From: Malacoraja senta
Taxonomy: Eukaryota
Assembly (NCBI GenBank): GCA_038087875.1
Contig: CM075978.1
Location: 159,898,001-159,962,000 of the forward strand
Reading direction: 5' to 3'
DNA length: 64,000 bases
In this document: positions 42,031-53,725 of the stretch, piece by piece
How positions within the stretch are numbered: the stretch's first letter is position 1
Layout of the letters: the number at the start of each line of letters is the position of its first letter
Made by a program: the position numbers and the translations under genes
Notes under the pieces: model-generated
Databases searched by the model: none
What the model saw: only the letters and a program-made list of their open reading frames with translations
Told to the model about the DNA's origin: nothing

Positions 42031-44189
42031 CTTGCTTGGCACAGATGGAAGTGTAAGATCATGTCGGTTGATGCCAATATTAAATTCTTCCTTCTTTGAG
42101 TATCTTCACTTTAATCCCATTGTTCCACTTATCTGGTACCTTTTCTCTTTTCCAGACTGATGTTTGAATAGAGAGACCAGTATAGATCATGCTTACTCAG
42201 GATTTATTTTGAACAATTCTGTACAATATCTGGAGCGTTCCCATTTTTAAGAATGCATTCTCACAAGATGGCCTTGTTTATTGCAGAAGAGTGTATTTGT
42301 TAATGTATGCTGTTTGCCACTGTTAGAGCATTGTTACTTTATAGATGGTTTCTTGTTGGATACACAAACTGACCTGCCATAGCAAGGCACAGGCACGAGA
42401 AATGACTTTTCATCTCTTTTAGTTGGTATAATATATATTGTTGCAATAAAATTTAATTATGTGTTCATTCTAAGCAAGAACGAGTCCACAGAGACCAATT
42501 GGATAATGTCCACATTATAAAAAGGAATTTGAAACTAACCAGGATATACAGAAATATAATTTACCTCAAAATGAATGTAAAGCATTTCTTGAGAATAGAT
42601 AATAATTGCAATTGTGATTTTTCTAAAGGTTTTAGTCATGTTGTAAATATTTTGTTAATGTATGTTTAACTGAGACAATAGTCAAAATAAATTACAGGTT
42701 TGCAGTTTGCTTTGATGCTCAAAGATGAATCATGGAAACCAGCAGCAAATATTATATTTCTGGCACAGTGCTTAGAAATTTTGTTTTATGGCATACTAAA
42801 GCAATGATCCAACATTGTTGCCTTTTAAAATATAAATATATATATTTCAAATTTTATTGTAGCAGTAGCATGTAGAACTCAATAGACATGTTCTCTTAAC
42901 ATTCAACTAATTGATTCAAATGCTTTATCACTTTTATTTTCAGTAATGTATTGTGATCCTTTTGTTAGAGGTGACGATTAATTTAATAAACCTCATCATA
43001 AAATTATCAGGCAATCAAATTTTGAATTAGTGGCTTTTCAAAATTGTACTTTATTGGAAATAGTAAATACAGTGGCAAAACAAAATAACTGGGATCAGTG
43101 TAAGACAAATCATATTTTATTAAAGCCCTTGCTGTTTAGTCTTCATTTCTAATTGTGTCGTGTGATGGCTGCAACATCAAAAGGTAACTCTGAGTAAACT
43201 TTATTCCTGATTTCCGCAAACTTACTGTGTTTTATGAATATATTTAAAAAAAATTAGCCAATAAATGACTGGCTTAGTTTTACCTTTTGGCTCAGCTCTG
43301 CTAGGTTATTAACTTTGCACTCTTTAGTAAAGAAATATTCAGTATTTTAATTAAATCTATTGTATAATCAAAGAATGCAGAAGAAAATCTCTTGTAAACG
43401 ACTATTTTTTTCAAAATAGAGAAACTATTGTGTAAAATGTGTATATTTGTTTTCCTGGAATAATAGCAAAGATCATAAGTTTTATGGAAGTTTTAAATAA
43501 ATGTAATTGTTGATGTATGTTCCAAATATGTGATTAATGTTTTGTGCTTTTGTAGCTATGCAAGAATGAAGTGTGGTGCAAGCGTCACTATGCTGACACT
43601 GTACATTAGTTAATTTCTGACTTTCAGGAGGCAATGATTTCTGATAAAAGGTTCACACAATATTCTAAGCTTTTGAATTTATGTTGTGAATTATGTTTGA
43701 AATTATAAACACCAAATGTAATACCGCTGATTATTTTTGAGTCAAAATGAATTGATCATTGATAAATAATTCAAGCTTTTAAAAAATATAAATAATTGTT
43801 GATTTGGAAGATAAATAAAAGTAAAATAAATTTTAGAGGATGAATTGCAGTTTTATGTAATAAAAATGAAGATTTTAACATTGCATCCAGAAAATATATA
43901 TATATATATTTTTTATGGTATCCATGCAAAGTGTCATTGCCTCAGCGTCACCTCACTCAGTATAATAAAATGGTTTACATTCTGGTTAATATAAATCTTA
44001 TAATTCTCACTGCTGTTCTCATTCTGTAATCAATTTTTTCCAATTCATCTTTCCCAGTTTCAGACTCACTTGATTAAAATTAGCTAATTTTCAATGTTAC
44101 TTTAGATAAGGCACTGGAAAGATACTACCAATTCTGTGTAACACAAAGTCTTCCAAATGCATTGGAAGGATATGGAAACTAAAATCAGT

Positions 44190-44610
44190 CTTCCCTTCTA
44201 GACAAACACAGTGAGGAACGCGCCCCTATACTACACTTGTTGCTCACATGCCTGACTCCATACTGCTGAAGCTGGAACTCTATTCCAATTCCCGTCAAGA
44301 TATTACCAGGCAGTTAAAGGTAAAGATTCAAGGATATATTCAAAGCCTCTTCAAAGCAATGGATAATCCCCATGTACTCCTGAAAATCTCTGGAGAAGAA
44401 GCATTCAGGATACTATTGAGAAACGTGGGTCTATGCTTTGAGGACAAATGGTACTGGTGGAAGAGCCACAATATTTCACAAACTACTCACCTGTCCATGC
44501 CATCAGGCATCTCCTGCCCCATCTGTGGAAGAGTGGGTTCCACATTGGCCTCTTGAGCACCTCAGAACCCACAAAGCCAAAGATGAAGCAAGTCATCCTT
44601 GAACCTCAAC
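44190..44610 (+). mobile_element. RTE-like LINE 3' end
   Basis: CPICGRVG...HIGL..HLRTH-type C-terminal zinc motif and caagtcatcct tail. Confidence 0.55.
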
Positions 44611-44861
44611 TGCTATAGAACAATGAACATTTTTCATGTCACTATCTTGTCCTTACATTTGAATGCTGTATTTTCTGTAACTATGCAATCATTTACAAAA
44701 GAAGCAATATAGGATATAGTTCCTGTGGTATGGTGGAGAACTTTGTGATACCTATCTTTCAAAGATTGAACAAGTTTAGGGTTCAGCCTGATTTAGGAAA
44801 GGGAATGATATTTTTAATCAAAGATGAAGAAGGAAAGTATCTCATACGGAAAACATAAAGA

Positions 44862-45480
44862 TGGCACCTCCTCCAACCTCATCTACTGTATCCGTTGTTC
44901 AAGATGTGGACTGTTGTACAATGGCGAGACCAAACGCAGACTGGGCGATCGTTTCGCGGAACACCTTCGCTCATCCCGCGTGAACCAACCTGATCTACCG
45001 GTTTTTAATTTAATTCTCCTTCCCATTCCAACACAGACCTTTCTGTCCTCGATCTCCATTGTCAGAGTGAGGCTAAATGCAAATTGGAGGTACTGCATCT
45101 CAAATTTTGCTTGAGTAGCTTTCAGCCCAGTGGTATGAATTTTGATTTCTCGCACTTCACGTAGCCCCGGCATTCCCTCTCTATCCCTCACCCACCCAAG
45201 TCACACTAGCTTCTCATTTTCACCTTACAAACGACTTACAATGGCCTGCTTCCTTTATCATCATTACTTTTTTTGCATATCTTTCATTCATTGTTCTTTA
45301 TCTCTCCACATCACCGTCTATATCTCTCTTCTCCCTTATCCCTAACCAGTCTGAAGAAGGGTCTTGACCCGAAACGTCAAACATTCCTTCTCACCAGATA
45401 TGCTGCCTGTCCCGCCGAGTTACTCCAGCTTTTTGTGTCTATCTTTGGTTTAAACCAATATCTGCAGTTCCTTCTTATAC
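44862..45480 (+). mobile_element. Penelope-like element 3' part: GIY-YIG endonuclease fragment plus terminal repeat with an intact hammerhead core (45351-45378)
   Basis: TSSNLIYCIRCSRCGLLYNGETKRRLGDRFAEHLRS; downstream CTGAAGA-A-GGGT-cttg-ACCC-GAAAC-GTC. Confidence 0.88.
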
Positions 45481-45540
45481 ATAAAGATGGGGCACTGGTT
45501 TTAAGCAGTGGTATAGCCTGACTTACTGTATTAAATCCTT

Positions 45541-45812
45541 TAGTTTAGAGATATAGTGTGGAAACAGCCCCTTCGGCCCATCGAGTCTGTGCCAACCAGC
45601 CATAACCCATACAGTAGTTGTATCCTATGCACTAGAGACATTTACAGAAGTCAGTTAACCTACAAACCTGCACGTCTTTAGAATGTGGGAGGAAACCAGA
45701 AAACCTGGAGGAAACCCATGTGATCACATGGAGAACGTAGACAGCACCGGTGGTCATGATAGAACCGGGGTCTCTGGCGCCGTAAAGGCAGCGTCTCTGC
45801 CACTGCGCCACT
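45541..45812 (-). mobile_element. V-SINE (HE1-like tRNA SINE with CR1 tail)
   Basis: Reverse-complement homolog of 52651-52958. Confidence 0.8.
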
Positions 45813-45994
45813 GTACTGATCTTTGATAAGTCTCAAACCCAATGAGGAGTAAAGGTAGGGTCTAACATTATTGGACTTTCAAAATGCCTTCCATCCAGCA
45901 CTGCATAGCAGACTTGCAATAAGATTTTAAGTAATGTAGAATCTAGGGAATGAGGTTGAGGGACAAAGGGACCTTGGATTACAAATTCACTATT

Positions 45995-46292
45995 AGTTTA
46001 GAGATACGGCACGGACTCAGGCCCTTCGTCCCACCGAGTCCGCACGCACCAGCGATTCCTCCACATTAGCACTATCTTACACACACTTGAGACAGTGTAC
46101 AATTTTAGCGAGCCAATTAACCTACAAACCTGAACGTCTTTGGAGTGTGGGAGTAAACTGAGGCTCCCGGGTAAAACCCAAGCAGGCCACGGGGAGAACG
46201 TACAAACTATGTACAGATAACACCCATAATCAGGATCAAACCCAGGTCTGTGGCGCTGCAAGGCAACAACTCTACTGCAATGCCACAGTGCC
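45995..46292 (-). mobile_element. V-SINE (HE1-like)
   Basis: ggagtgtggg V-domain; ggatcaaacccagg B-box on the minus strand; tagtttagagatac tail. Confidence 0.8.
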
Positions 46293-48084
46293 ACATATTA
46301 TTGGAAGTAGCAATGCAGTTTAAACTGGATTCATTATTAGAAAAACAGAGATGGAAGGCAGAGATGTTTATAAAAGTTAAAGTTTATAAAACATTGTTTC
46401 ACCACACTTGGAATACTATGCACCAATCTGGTCTCTATTATAAACATGCTATTAAATCTTTGGATGGTGCAAAACATATTTAAAATATACCGGAGCCAAG
46501 AGGTTATCAGAAAGAAGCGAAGAGCTGTTTTTTTATGTAGAAGGAGTGCTCTGGGTAACACAATAGGTACTTCTTAAGACAAAAATTGTGAAGGGATTTG
46601 CCAAAGTAGACATGGGGAAGATATTTCCATGTTGGGAAGTCTAAAGCCAAAGATTATAAAAATAGGAAAACTAATAAAATCGGCAATTAACAGGAGAAAT
46701 ATCATTAACCAAAAAGAATGTGCTACTTACTGTACATCGTGCCACATGGAGTATCAAGGCAAATTGACCAGATGGAATTTGAAGGACGCTACATGAAGGC
46801 TTGAGGGAAGAAAGGAATATGTTGATTGAATGAGGTAAAGTGGGATGGATGAAGATTCGGAAGTGGGACTGAAACCCCAATGATTTTTACACGCTTTTAA
46901 TTTTATCTGCCACCTATTTTTAGTTCTTTCAAGTTTAAATATCAGTGGAGTCAACAAGAAACCATTACATCTTGGCATTTAGAATCGCTGTCATTTTCAT
47001 TACCGAACAATTATTGCTCTTAATTTTAGATCTTTGTTTCTGTCATTCCTTTGAATGGACTCATTATTCCATTAATTCCAGAAGAAGAAGAAATGCACCA
47101 ATAACATGGAAGGGGTTTCTCTGCAGCCACCTTGGTTTCTTTACTTTATACATTGCATTATTTCATGTGGTCCCACACATACTGTAACCCAGTTGTAAGC
47201 CACATTGGTGTTCCTTTCTATCACATTCCTGGGGTGTGCTGCGCTGGTCCTCCCAAGTAAAACATAAATAAGATAATCTTACTGACAACTCACATGTCCA
47301 CAGTTTTAAATATCTTACATTTTTAGTGGTTGGCTTATTTTGACTAACTCGTTCATATATTTTTAAAATCAGCTTTTCTACCCTGGAGTTCAAAATGCTT
47401 CTATTTTGGTTGGCTGGTAGCTGTGCTGTATAAAGAACAGAAGGCTTCTGTATTGTGGCTTGAGAATCACACCCTAGGGTGTATTCTCAGTTGCAAGAAC
47501 ATGTCATGTTCCATCAATCATGGAGTAATGGTGATGCAGTTCCACATAGTTACCAACCAAGATTGAACTAGGGTGTAGGAAATTATAAGGTGGCAAGTGA
47601 ACCATGAGGTAATGGAGAGAAATATCTTTAGTGCAACTAATCTGATTCATTCTGATCACCAAATTCCTATATCATGGGTAGAGTTTCAAAATTAAAACTT
47701 AGTAAATCAAATATCTCAATAGTAAGTTTTCCTATTTTTTGAAATCTGATTCATCTTCAATGTTACAATTATAATCCTTAAAAAGTACAGTTTTGAACTT
47801 CAAAGATCAGTAATTCTTTTAGTTTGTTCTTTAATTCGGGTTATTTTTTTCTAATCTCGTTAGACTTGCAAGTGTAAATATTTATGGAATGTTATTTCAA
47901 TTAAACAGTAGGCATTGACTCATTCACTAAATATTTTGTATCATATTGTAGTAGAGGCAGAAAGCTGGAAAAGAGGTGGGGATGGATGCTTTAAACCAGC
48001 ATCTGCAGTTCCTTCCTACACAAGTGATGGGTGGATATAGGTGAGGGGGTTTGATTTGCAGATGGGTCGAGTAAGGTTAACTGA

Positions 48085-48760
48085 ATCTTTCACTTGCTAA
48101 CCATTTAATCTCCCTTTCCATTCCCATACTGACCATTCTATCCTGGGACTCCTACATTACCAGAGTGAGGCCACACACAAACTGGGGGATTAGCACCCCA
48201 TATTCCGCTTGGGTAGCTTACCACCCAATAGTGTGCAGGAAGGAACTGCAGATGCTGGTTTAAATCAAAGATAGACACAAAATGCTCTAGTAACTCAGCG
48301 GGACAGGCACCATTACAACCCAACAGTATGGGCATTGAATTTACCAATTTTAGGTAAACTCTAACAATCCTCCTCCCTTTTCTCCCCCACCCTTCCCCTA
48401 AGGCCCAACTGGACCCTCTCCTGTTTCTCCCTTCCCCCCTCTACATTCCTTCCTCTGGCTGCACAATCCACAACCCTTCAATCCTTTTGTCTCACACCTG
48501 TTTTCCCATCTCTGGCCTTTGTCCAACCACCTGCCTATCAAAAAAACCCTCTCGCCTGTGTTCACCGATTACCTGCCATGTTTTATCCTGCCCTGCCTCT
48601 CTTCCAGATTTCTTTACCCCGTCCCCCTACAATTAATCTGAAGAAGGATCCCGAACCAAAACGTCACCTAACCATGTTCCCCAGGGATGTTGCCTGACCC
48701 GCTGACATTCTCCAGCACTTTGTCTTTTTTTGTAAACCAACATCAGCAGTTCCTTGTTTC
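48085..48760 (+). mobile_element. Penelope-like 3' fragment with a nested short insert
   Basis: Homologous to 45000-45480; decayed hammerhead core at 48638. Confidence 0.7.
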
Positions 48761-49284
48761 TGTATTCTCATTTGTCTGTTCACTTTGCAACAAATTCTCC
48801 AGTTTTATAAAACTTGCTCTTTCTGTCAAGACCAGTTACTTTTGCCTGCCTTCGCACTCTTTCTTTCATTGTGTACTCTGACCAGACCAGACCAGACCAG
48901 CACTCCACACTTTGCAACATTAGCAACAATTTATACAGACAAAGGAGCCTATCTGCCCCTCAGGGGCCTCCTGACTTCACACTACCAAACAAATACGCTC
49001 ACTTTCTCCAATTTCCCTCTCCCACCTTTGGCTACTTACACTAATTTGGTTCTCTTCATTCTGGTGAAGGATATCAGACCAAAAATGTTAACTGCTTCTC
49101 TTACCACAGTGGCTATTTGATTGGACTAGTTTTTCCAGCATTTTCTGTTTTATTTCAGATTTTCAATGTCTGTAGTTTGTTTAGGACTCTTATTCTAGGC
49201 ATATCACTAGCATTACACATTGGGTAAAATAATGATTTGTTACAATCGGTTTGCATTCTATCTTTATCTAATCCAATGAATGGA

Positions 49285-49855
49285 GTTGTGGAGTCATACA
49301 GCAAGGAAACAAGTCCTTTCACCCAACTCATCCGTGCCAAGCAAATCCAGCCCCATTTGCCAGCATTTGGCCGATATCCCTCTAACCATTGCCGTCCAAG
49401 TGGAAATTCCTCTCTGAATGTTTTTAAACGTTGTTATTGTACCTGCCTCAACTATTTCCTCTGGCAACTAATTCCATACACCCACCATCCTCTCAGTTTA
49501 AAAGTTGCCCCTTAGGTTCCTATTAAATTTTTCCTCTCTCACCTTAACCCTTGTCCACTAGTTCTTGATTTCCCAGCCCTAGAGAAAGACTGTGCATGAT
49601 GTTACACACCTCTGTAAGATCACTCTTCAGCCTTCTGCCTTACAAGGAATAAAATCCTAGCCTGCCCAACCTTTTCCTGCAGTTCAGGCTTTGAGTCCTG
49701 GCAGCATCCTTGTAAATATTCCCTGCACCCTGTCCAGCATAATGGCACATTTGCTACAGCAGAGTGACCAAAATTGAAAACAATACTACAAGTGTGACCT
49801 TGTCTGGGAATTTCTATACTCAGTTCCCTGACTGTTGAAGGCCAATGTGCCAAAA
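49285..49855 (-). mobile_element. CR1 LINE 3' fragment
   Basis: Homologous to 16735-17080. Confidence 0.75.
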
Positions 49856-52062
49856 CAAAGATTGGCTTTATTTAAGAAAATAACTGCTGAGTTATGCAAT
49901 TAGGAAGTGAAGGTTTAGATTGTTATTTCATGGATTATATCCCAAGTTGCAGGAGCCCATTGTCTTCCTCTTTAATAATCCACAATTGCTTCTTCTGCTT
50001 GAAAATGTTTTCAACTAGTGATTTACAACAATATTCCCAACATGTGGTCTCTTCTGCTGACCGAGGAGGCTAATATTCTGCCATTTTATTAACTGCAGGG
50101 TGGATTTTATACTTGACCTTTGGTGGGGCAGATAATCATGGAACCTGCCTGATCTTCACACGGTAAAGTCAACACAATTTAAAGTATGAATTCTTTAATG
50201 TGAGGAATCAGCATCATTCTTAATTCTTTTGTCAGGTTCTGGAAATCAAATTTCTCCATAGAAGTACAAATGATGCCATGTTCAAACTGTTAGAACCAAT
50301 TAACACTGCATATTGATTTCTTGTAGATTCTCTCTTTCCCTCAAATATTGAAGGCTGATGATGCTTCTCAACACTTTAACAGCTGTTAAGTGTTACTGAT
50401 GAGGCCAGAGCTATCTATTGGTCTGAATAAGAGACTGCACCACATGTACCACTTCATGGTGGAATTAATCTTGTCCCAGCAGCATCTAGGATTTACATCA
50501 TCAGTTCATTTAGGAGCATTATCAAATAACATGTCAGAAGCCACTTGGGTGGATATTAACACATGCCAAAGTTAAGTGGTGGGTTTTATTGAGAGGTTTA
50601 GGGAGGGATGGAGGTTTAGAGGGCTCAGTCACCCAAGGACATTGCGATCAATGGAGAACAGAGAGATACTTGAATGTGCAGGAAGTCAGAATTGGAAGAG
50701 TACAGAGCTTTTAGTTTATTGTTTATTGTCACATGTACGAGGGACAGTGAAACGCTTTTGTTGCGTGTTAAACCAGAGAAGGTGAAAGATGCGAATTAGA
50801 ATTTGGGCAGTGGTATTTTGGTTGAGCTAAGGTGCATAGTAGAAGGCAGGCCTGGAGAGTATCAGAATAGCCATGTTCCATGGTAACAAAAGAGTGGACA
50901 ATTTAGCAGCAAGTGAGTTGAGGAATGGATGTGTTACGGTGGCAGAAATTGACAGTCTTGGAATTGCAAATCAATTCAAATCTCATTTGTTGGCTTTACT
51001 TTATATACAGACATATTGATCATCTCAAAACCTTCAGCTCATTTAGCTAAATATGATTTTCCTTTTCACAAATTATGCTGAACAACCTCGATGGGTGTGA
51101 TTTACTTCAGCCTCATTTGGTACACAGTTTAAATACTGTACTTATTCAATTTTATCAAAATATTAAGCCCCAATTTAAGTCTCCTGCTACTAAAAGTGGC
51201 TGGGTACATTAGATCAATGCAGCTTTTCAGGAGTGACTTATCAAATGTACATTGGGGTTGGTAAAATATGGTACCTGGAGGCTTACCACTCATCAGCCTT
51301 GATCTGATGCAATGGCAAGAACAGAAATATTTTCTTACTGATGATAGATTAGGATTTAAAAAACAGTGAACTAAAAATTTCCAGTCAATTACAAGTTAAT
51401 GCACAAGCTCAAAATGGTATTAATAAGTAGACAAATCTTTCATAGGCTATAATTTACATAAACAGGCAGCTGTACAGGGCGTTGATTGCACCCAGAGAAT
51501 TTTTAAAAAATTACGTTTATTAAGTCCAATGCAGATTCACATGAAACTGGTACTTAAAAGGATTGAATTATATAACCAGATTCCACAACACTCATGTAGT
51601 GACTTTAAACGCCGAAGAGGTAATCTAATTGACTTTTTTTGAATGATAGCATAAATTGTCTCGCTGAGTCACTCCAGTATTTTGTGTCTATTCATGATTT
51701 GATAAAGTAGATGCAAGGGAATAATAATATTTTGGTGAAGGAAGTAGAATCATAAAATTGGTTCTGGGCTGTTTAAAAATGAAACCCACGAACGATTTGC
51801 AAACATTGTTTCATGTAACCTATAAGGATAAATATTTTTCAAATTAATTCACCCGTATGTGGGAAATGCTGTTCCGATAGTGTCCGGCAGTTCTCTAATT
51901 CTGTAAATGAATGTGATTTATTTCCCATTTGAATAAAAGTACACTTTTATATTTATCCTCATGGTATTCACCACCCAATTAATGCGCCGAACACTTGTAG
52001 TCATTGTCATAGTATCATACAGTAGAGAGAGACCCTTCGGTAAACTTGTCTATGTCAACCAA

Positions 52063-52570
52063 AATTTGGGCCCCTTATCTGAGGAAGGGTGTGCTGGCTC
52101 TGGAGAAGGTCCAGGGGAGGTTTGCAAGATTGATTCCAGGAATGAGTGGGTTAGCATATGATGAGCACTTGACAGCACTGGGCCTCTACTCACTGGAGTT
52201 TAGATAGTTGAGGGGGGACCTCACTGAATAATGAAAGGCATCGATAGAGTGGATGTGGAAAGGATGTTTCCACTGGTGGGTGAGTCTAGGACCAGCGGTC
52301 ATAGCCTCAGAATTAAAGGGCGCTCTTTTAGAAAGGAGGTGAGGAGGAACTTCTTTAGTCAGAGGGTAGTTAATCTGTGGAACTCATTGCCACAGAGGGC
52401 TGTGGAGGCCAAGTCAGTGGATATTTTTAAGGCAGAGATAGACAAATTCTTGATTAGAACGGGTGTCAAGGGTTATGGGGAGAAGGCAGGAAAAATGGGA
52501 TTAGGAGGCAGAGATTGAATGGCGGAGTGGTTTTGATGGGCCAAATGGCCGAATTCTATTCCTATAATTT
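52063..52570 (+). mobile_element. CR1 LINE 3' fragment
   Basis: KGIDRVDVERMFPLVGESRTSGH...FFSQRVVNLWNSLP. Confidence 0.88.
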
Positions 52571-52650
52571 GTGAAGGTGCCCCAATCCATATCCATATAT
52601 TTCTATCTAAGTGTCTGTCCAAATGTTTTTTAAATGTTGTTATAGTACCT

Positions 52651-52958
52651 GGTGGCACAGCGGTAGAATTGCTGCCTTACAGCGAATGCAGTGCCGGAGA
52701 CACGGGTTCGATCCCGACTATGGGTGCTGTCTGTACAGAGTTTGTACGTTTTCCCCGTGACCTGCGTGGGTTTTATCTGAGACCTCCCACACTCCAAAGA
52801 CGCACAGATTTGTAGGTTAATTGGTAAATGTAGAAATAAATGTCCCTTGTGGGTGTATTAATGTGTTAATGTGCGGGGATCGCTGGTCGGTGCGGACCTG
52901 GTGGGCCGAAGGGCCTGTTTCCACGCTGTATCTCTAAACTAAACTAAACTAAACTAAA
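52651..52958 (+). mobile_element. Full-length V-SINE (HE1-like) nested in CR1
   Basis: A-box GGTGGCACAGCGG, B-box GGTTCGATCCC, V-domain ctcccacactccaaagac, CR1-type tail and (CTAAA)n. Confidence 0.88.
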
Positions 52959-53132
52959 TCTACCTCCTCTGGAAGGAGTGTGGAAAAAGTTAACCATCAG
53001 GTTCCTATTAAATCTTTCCCCTCTCACCTGAAATGTATCTCTTTTGGTTCTTGATTCCCCTACTCTGGGTGAAAGACTGTGCATTCACCTTGTCTATTTC
53101 CCTCTGACCTTATATACCTCTATAAAATCACT

Positions 53133-53260
53133 AAGTGTAAGAAGGAACTGCAGATGTTGGTTTAATCCGAAGAAGGGTCTCAACCCAAAACATCACCTAT
53201 TCCTTTTCTCTAGAGACGCTACCTGATCCGTTGAGTTACTCCATCTTTTTGTGTCTATCT
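53133..53260 (+). mobile_element. Penelope-derived insert with inverted tail and 14-bp TSD
   Basis: tctataaaatcact at 53119 and 53261. Confidence 0.75.
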
Positions 53261-53542
53261 TCTATAAAATCACTCCTGCGCTCCAAGGACTAAAGTCCTG
53301 GTCTGCCTGACCTCTCCCCATAGCTAAGGTCCTCAAGTTATAGAAACATCTTTTATGCACTCTTTCCATCTTAATGACATCCTTCCTGTAGCAGGATGAT
53401 CAAAACTGAACAATACTCCAAATGCAGCCTCGCCATCGTCTTGTACAACTGCAACATAACATCCCAACTTCAGTACTCAATGCCTGGACTCAGAAAGGCC
53501 AATGTACCAAACACTTTCCCAACCATCCTGTCCCTGTGATGT

Positions 53543-53725
53543 AGGACAGAACTGCAGATGCTGGTTTAAACTGAAGATAGATGCAAAAAGCTGGAGTAAC
53601 TCAGCTGGACAGGCAGCATTTCTGGAGAGAAGGAATGGGTGATGTTTCATTCAACATCACCCATTCCTTCTCTTCAGAGATGCTGCCTGGCCCACTGAGT
53701 TACTCCAGCTTTTTGTGTCTATCTT
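53543..53725. mobile_element. Palindromic Penelope-derived insert (about 75-bp inverted arms), 15-bp TSD
   Basis: 53573-53646 is inverted against 53653-53726; ctgtccYtgtgatgt flanks. Confidence 0.75.

Larger units (their letters stand above)
40201..43990 (+). other. WWP2: Putative long WWP2 3'UTR with candidate poly(A) signals
   Basis: Follows the stop codon; ATTAAA at 40247, AATAAA at 42445, 42985, 43260, 43496, 43814, 43859 and 43964; AT-rich, repeat-poor stretch 42100-43990; true 3' end unknown. Confidence 0.5.

Noticed and set aside
52651-52730. tRNA gene
   Set aside because: The A and B boxes belong to a SINE head followed by a V-domain and LINE tail; there is no full cloverleaf
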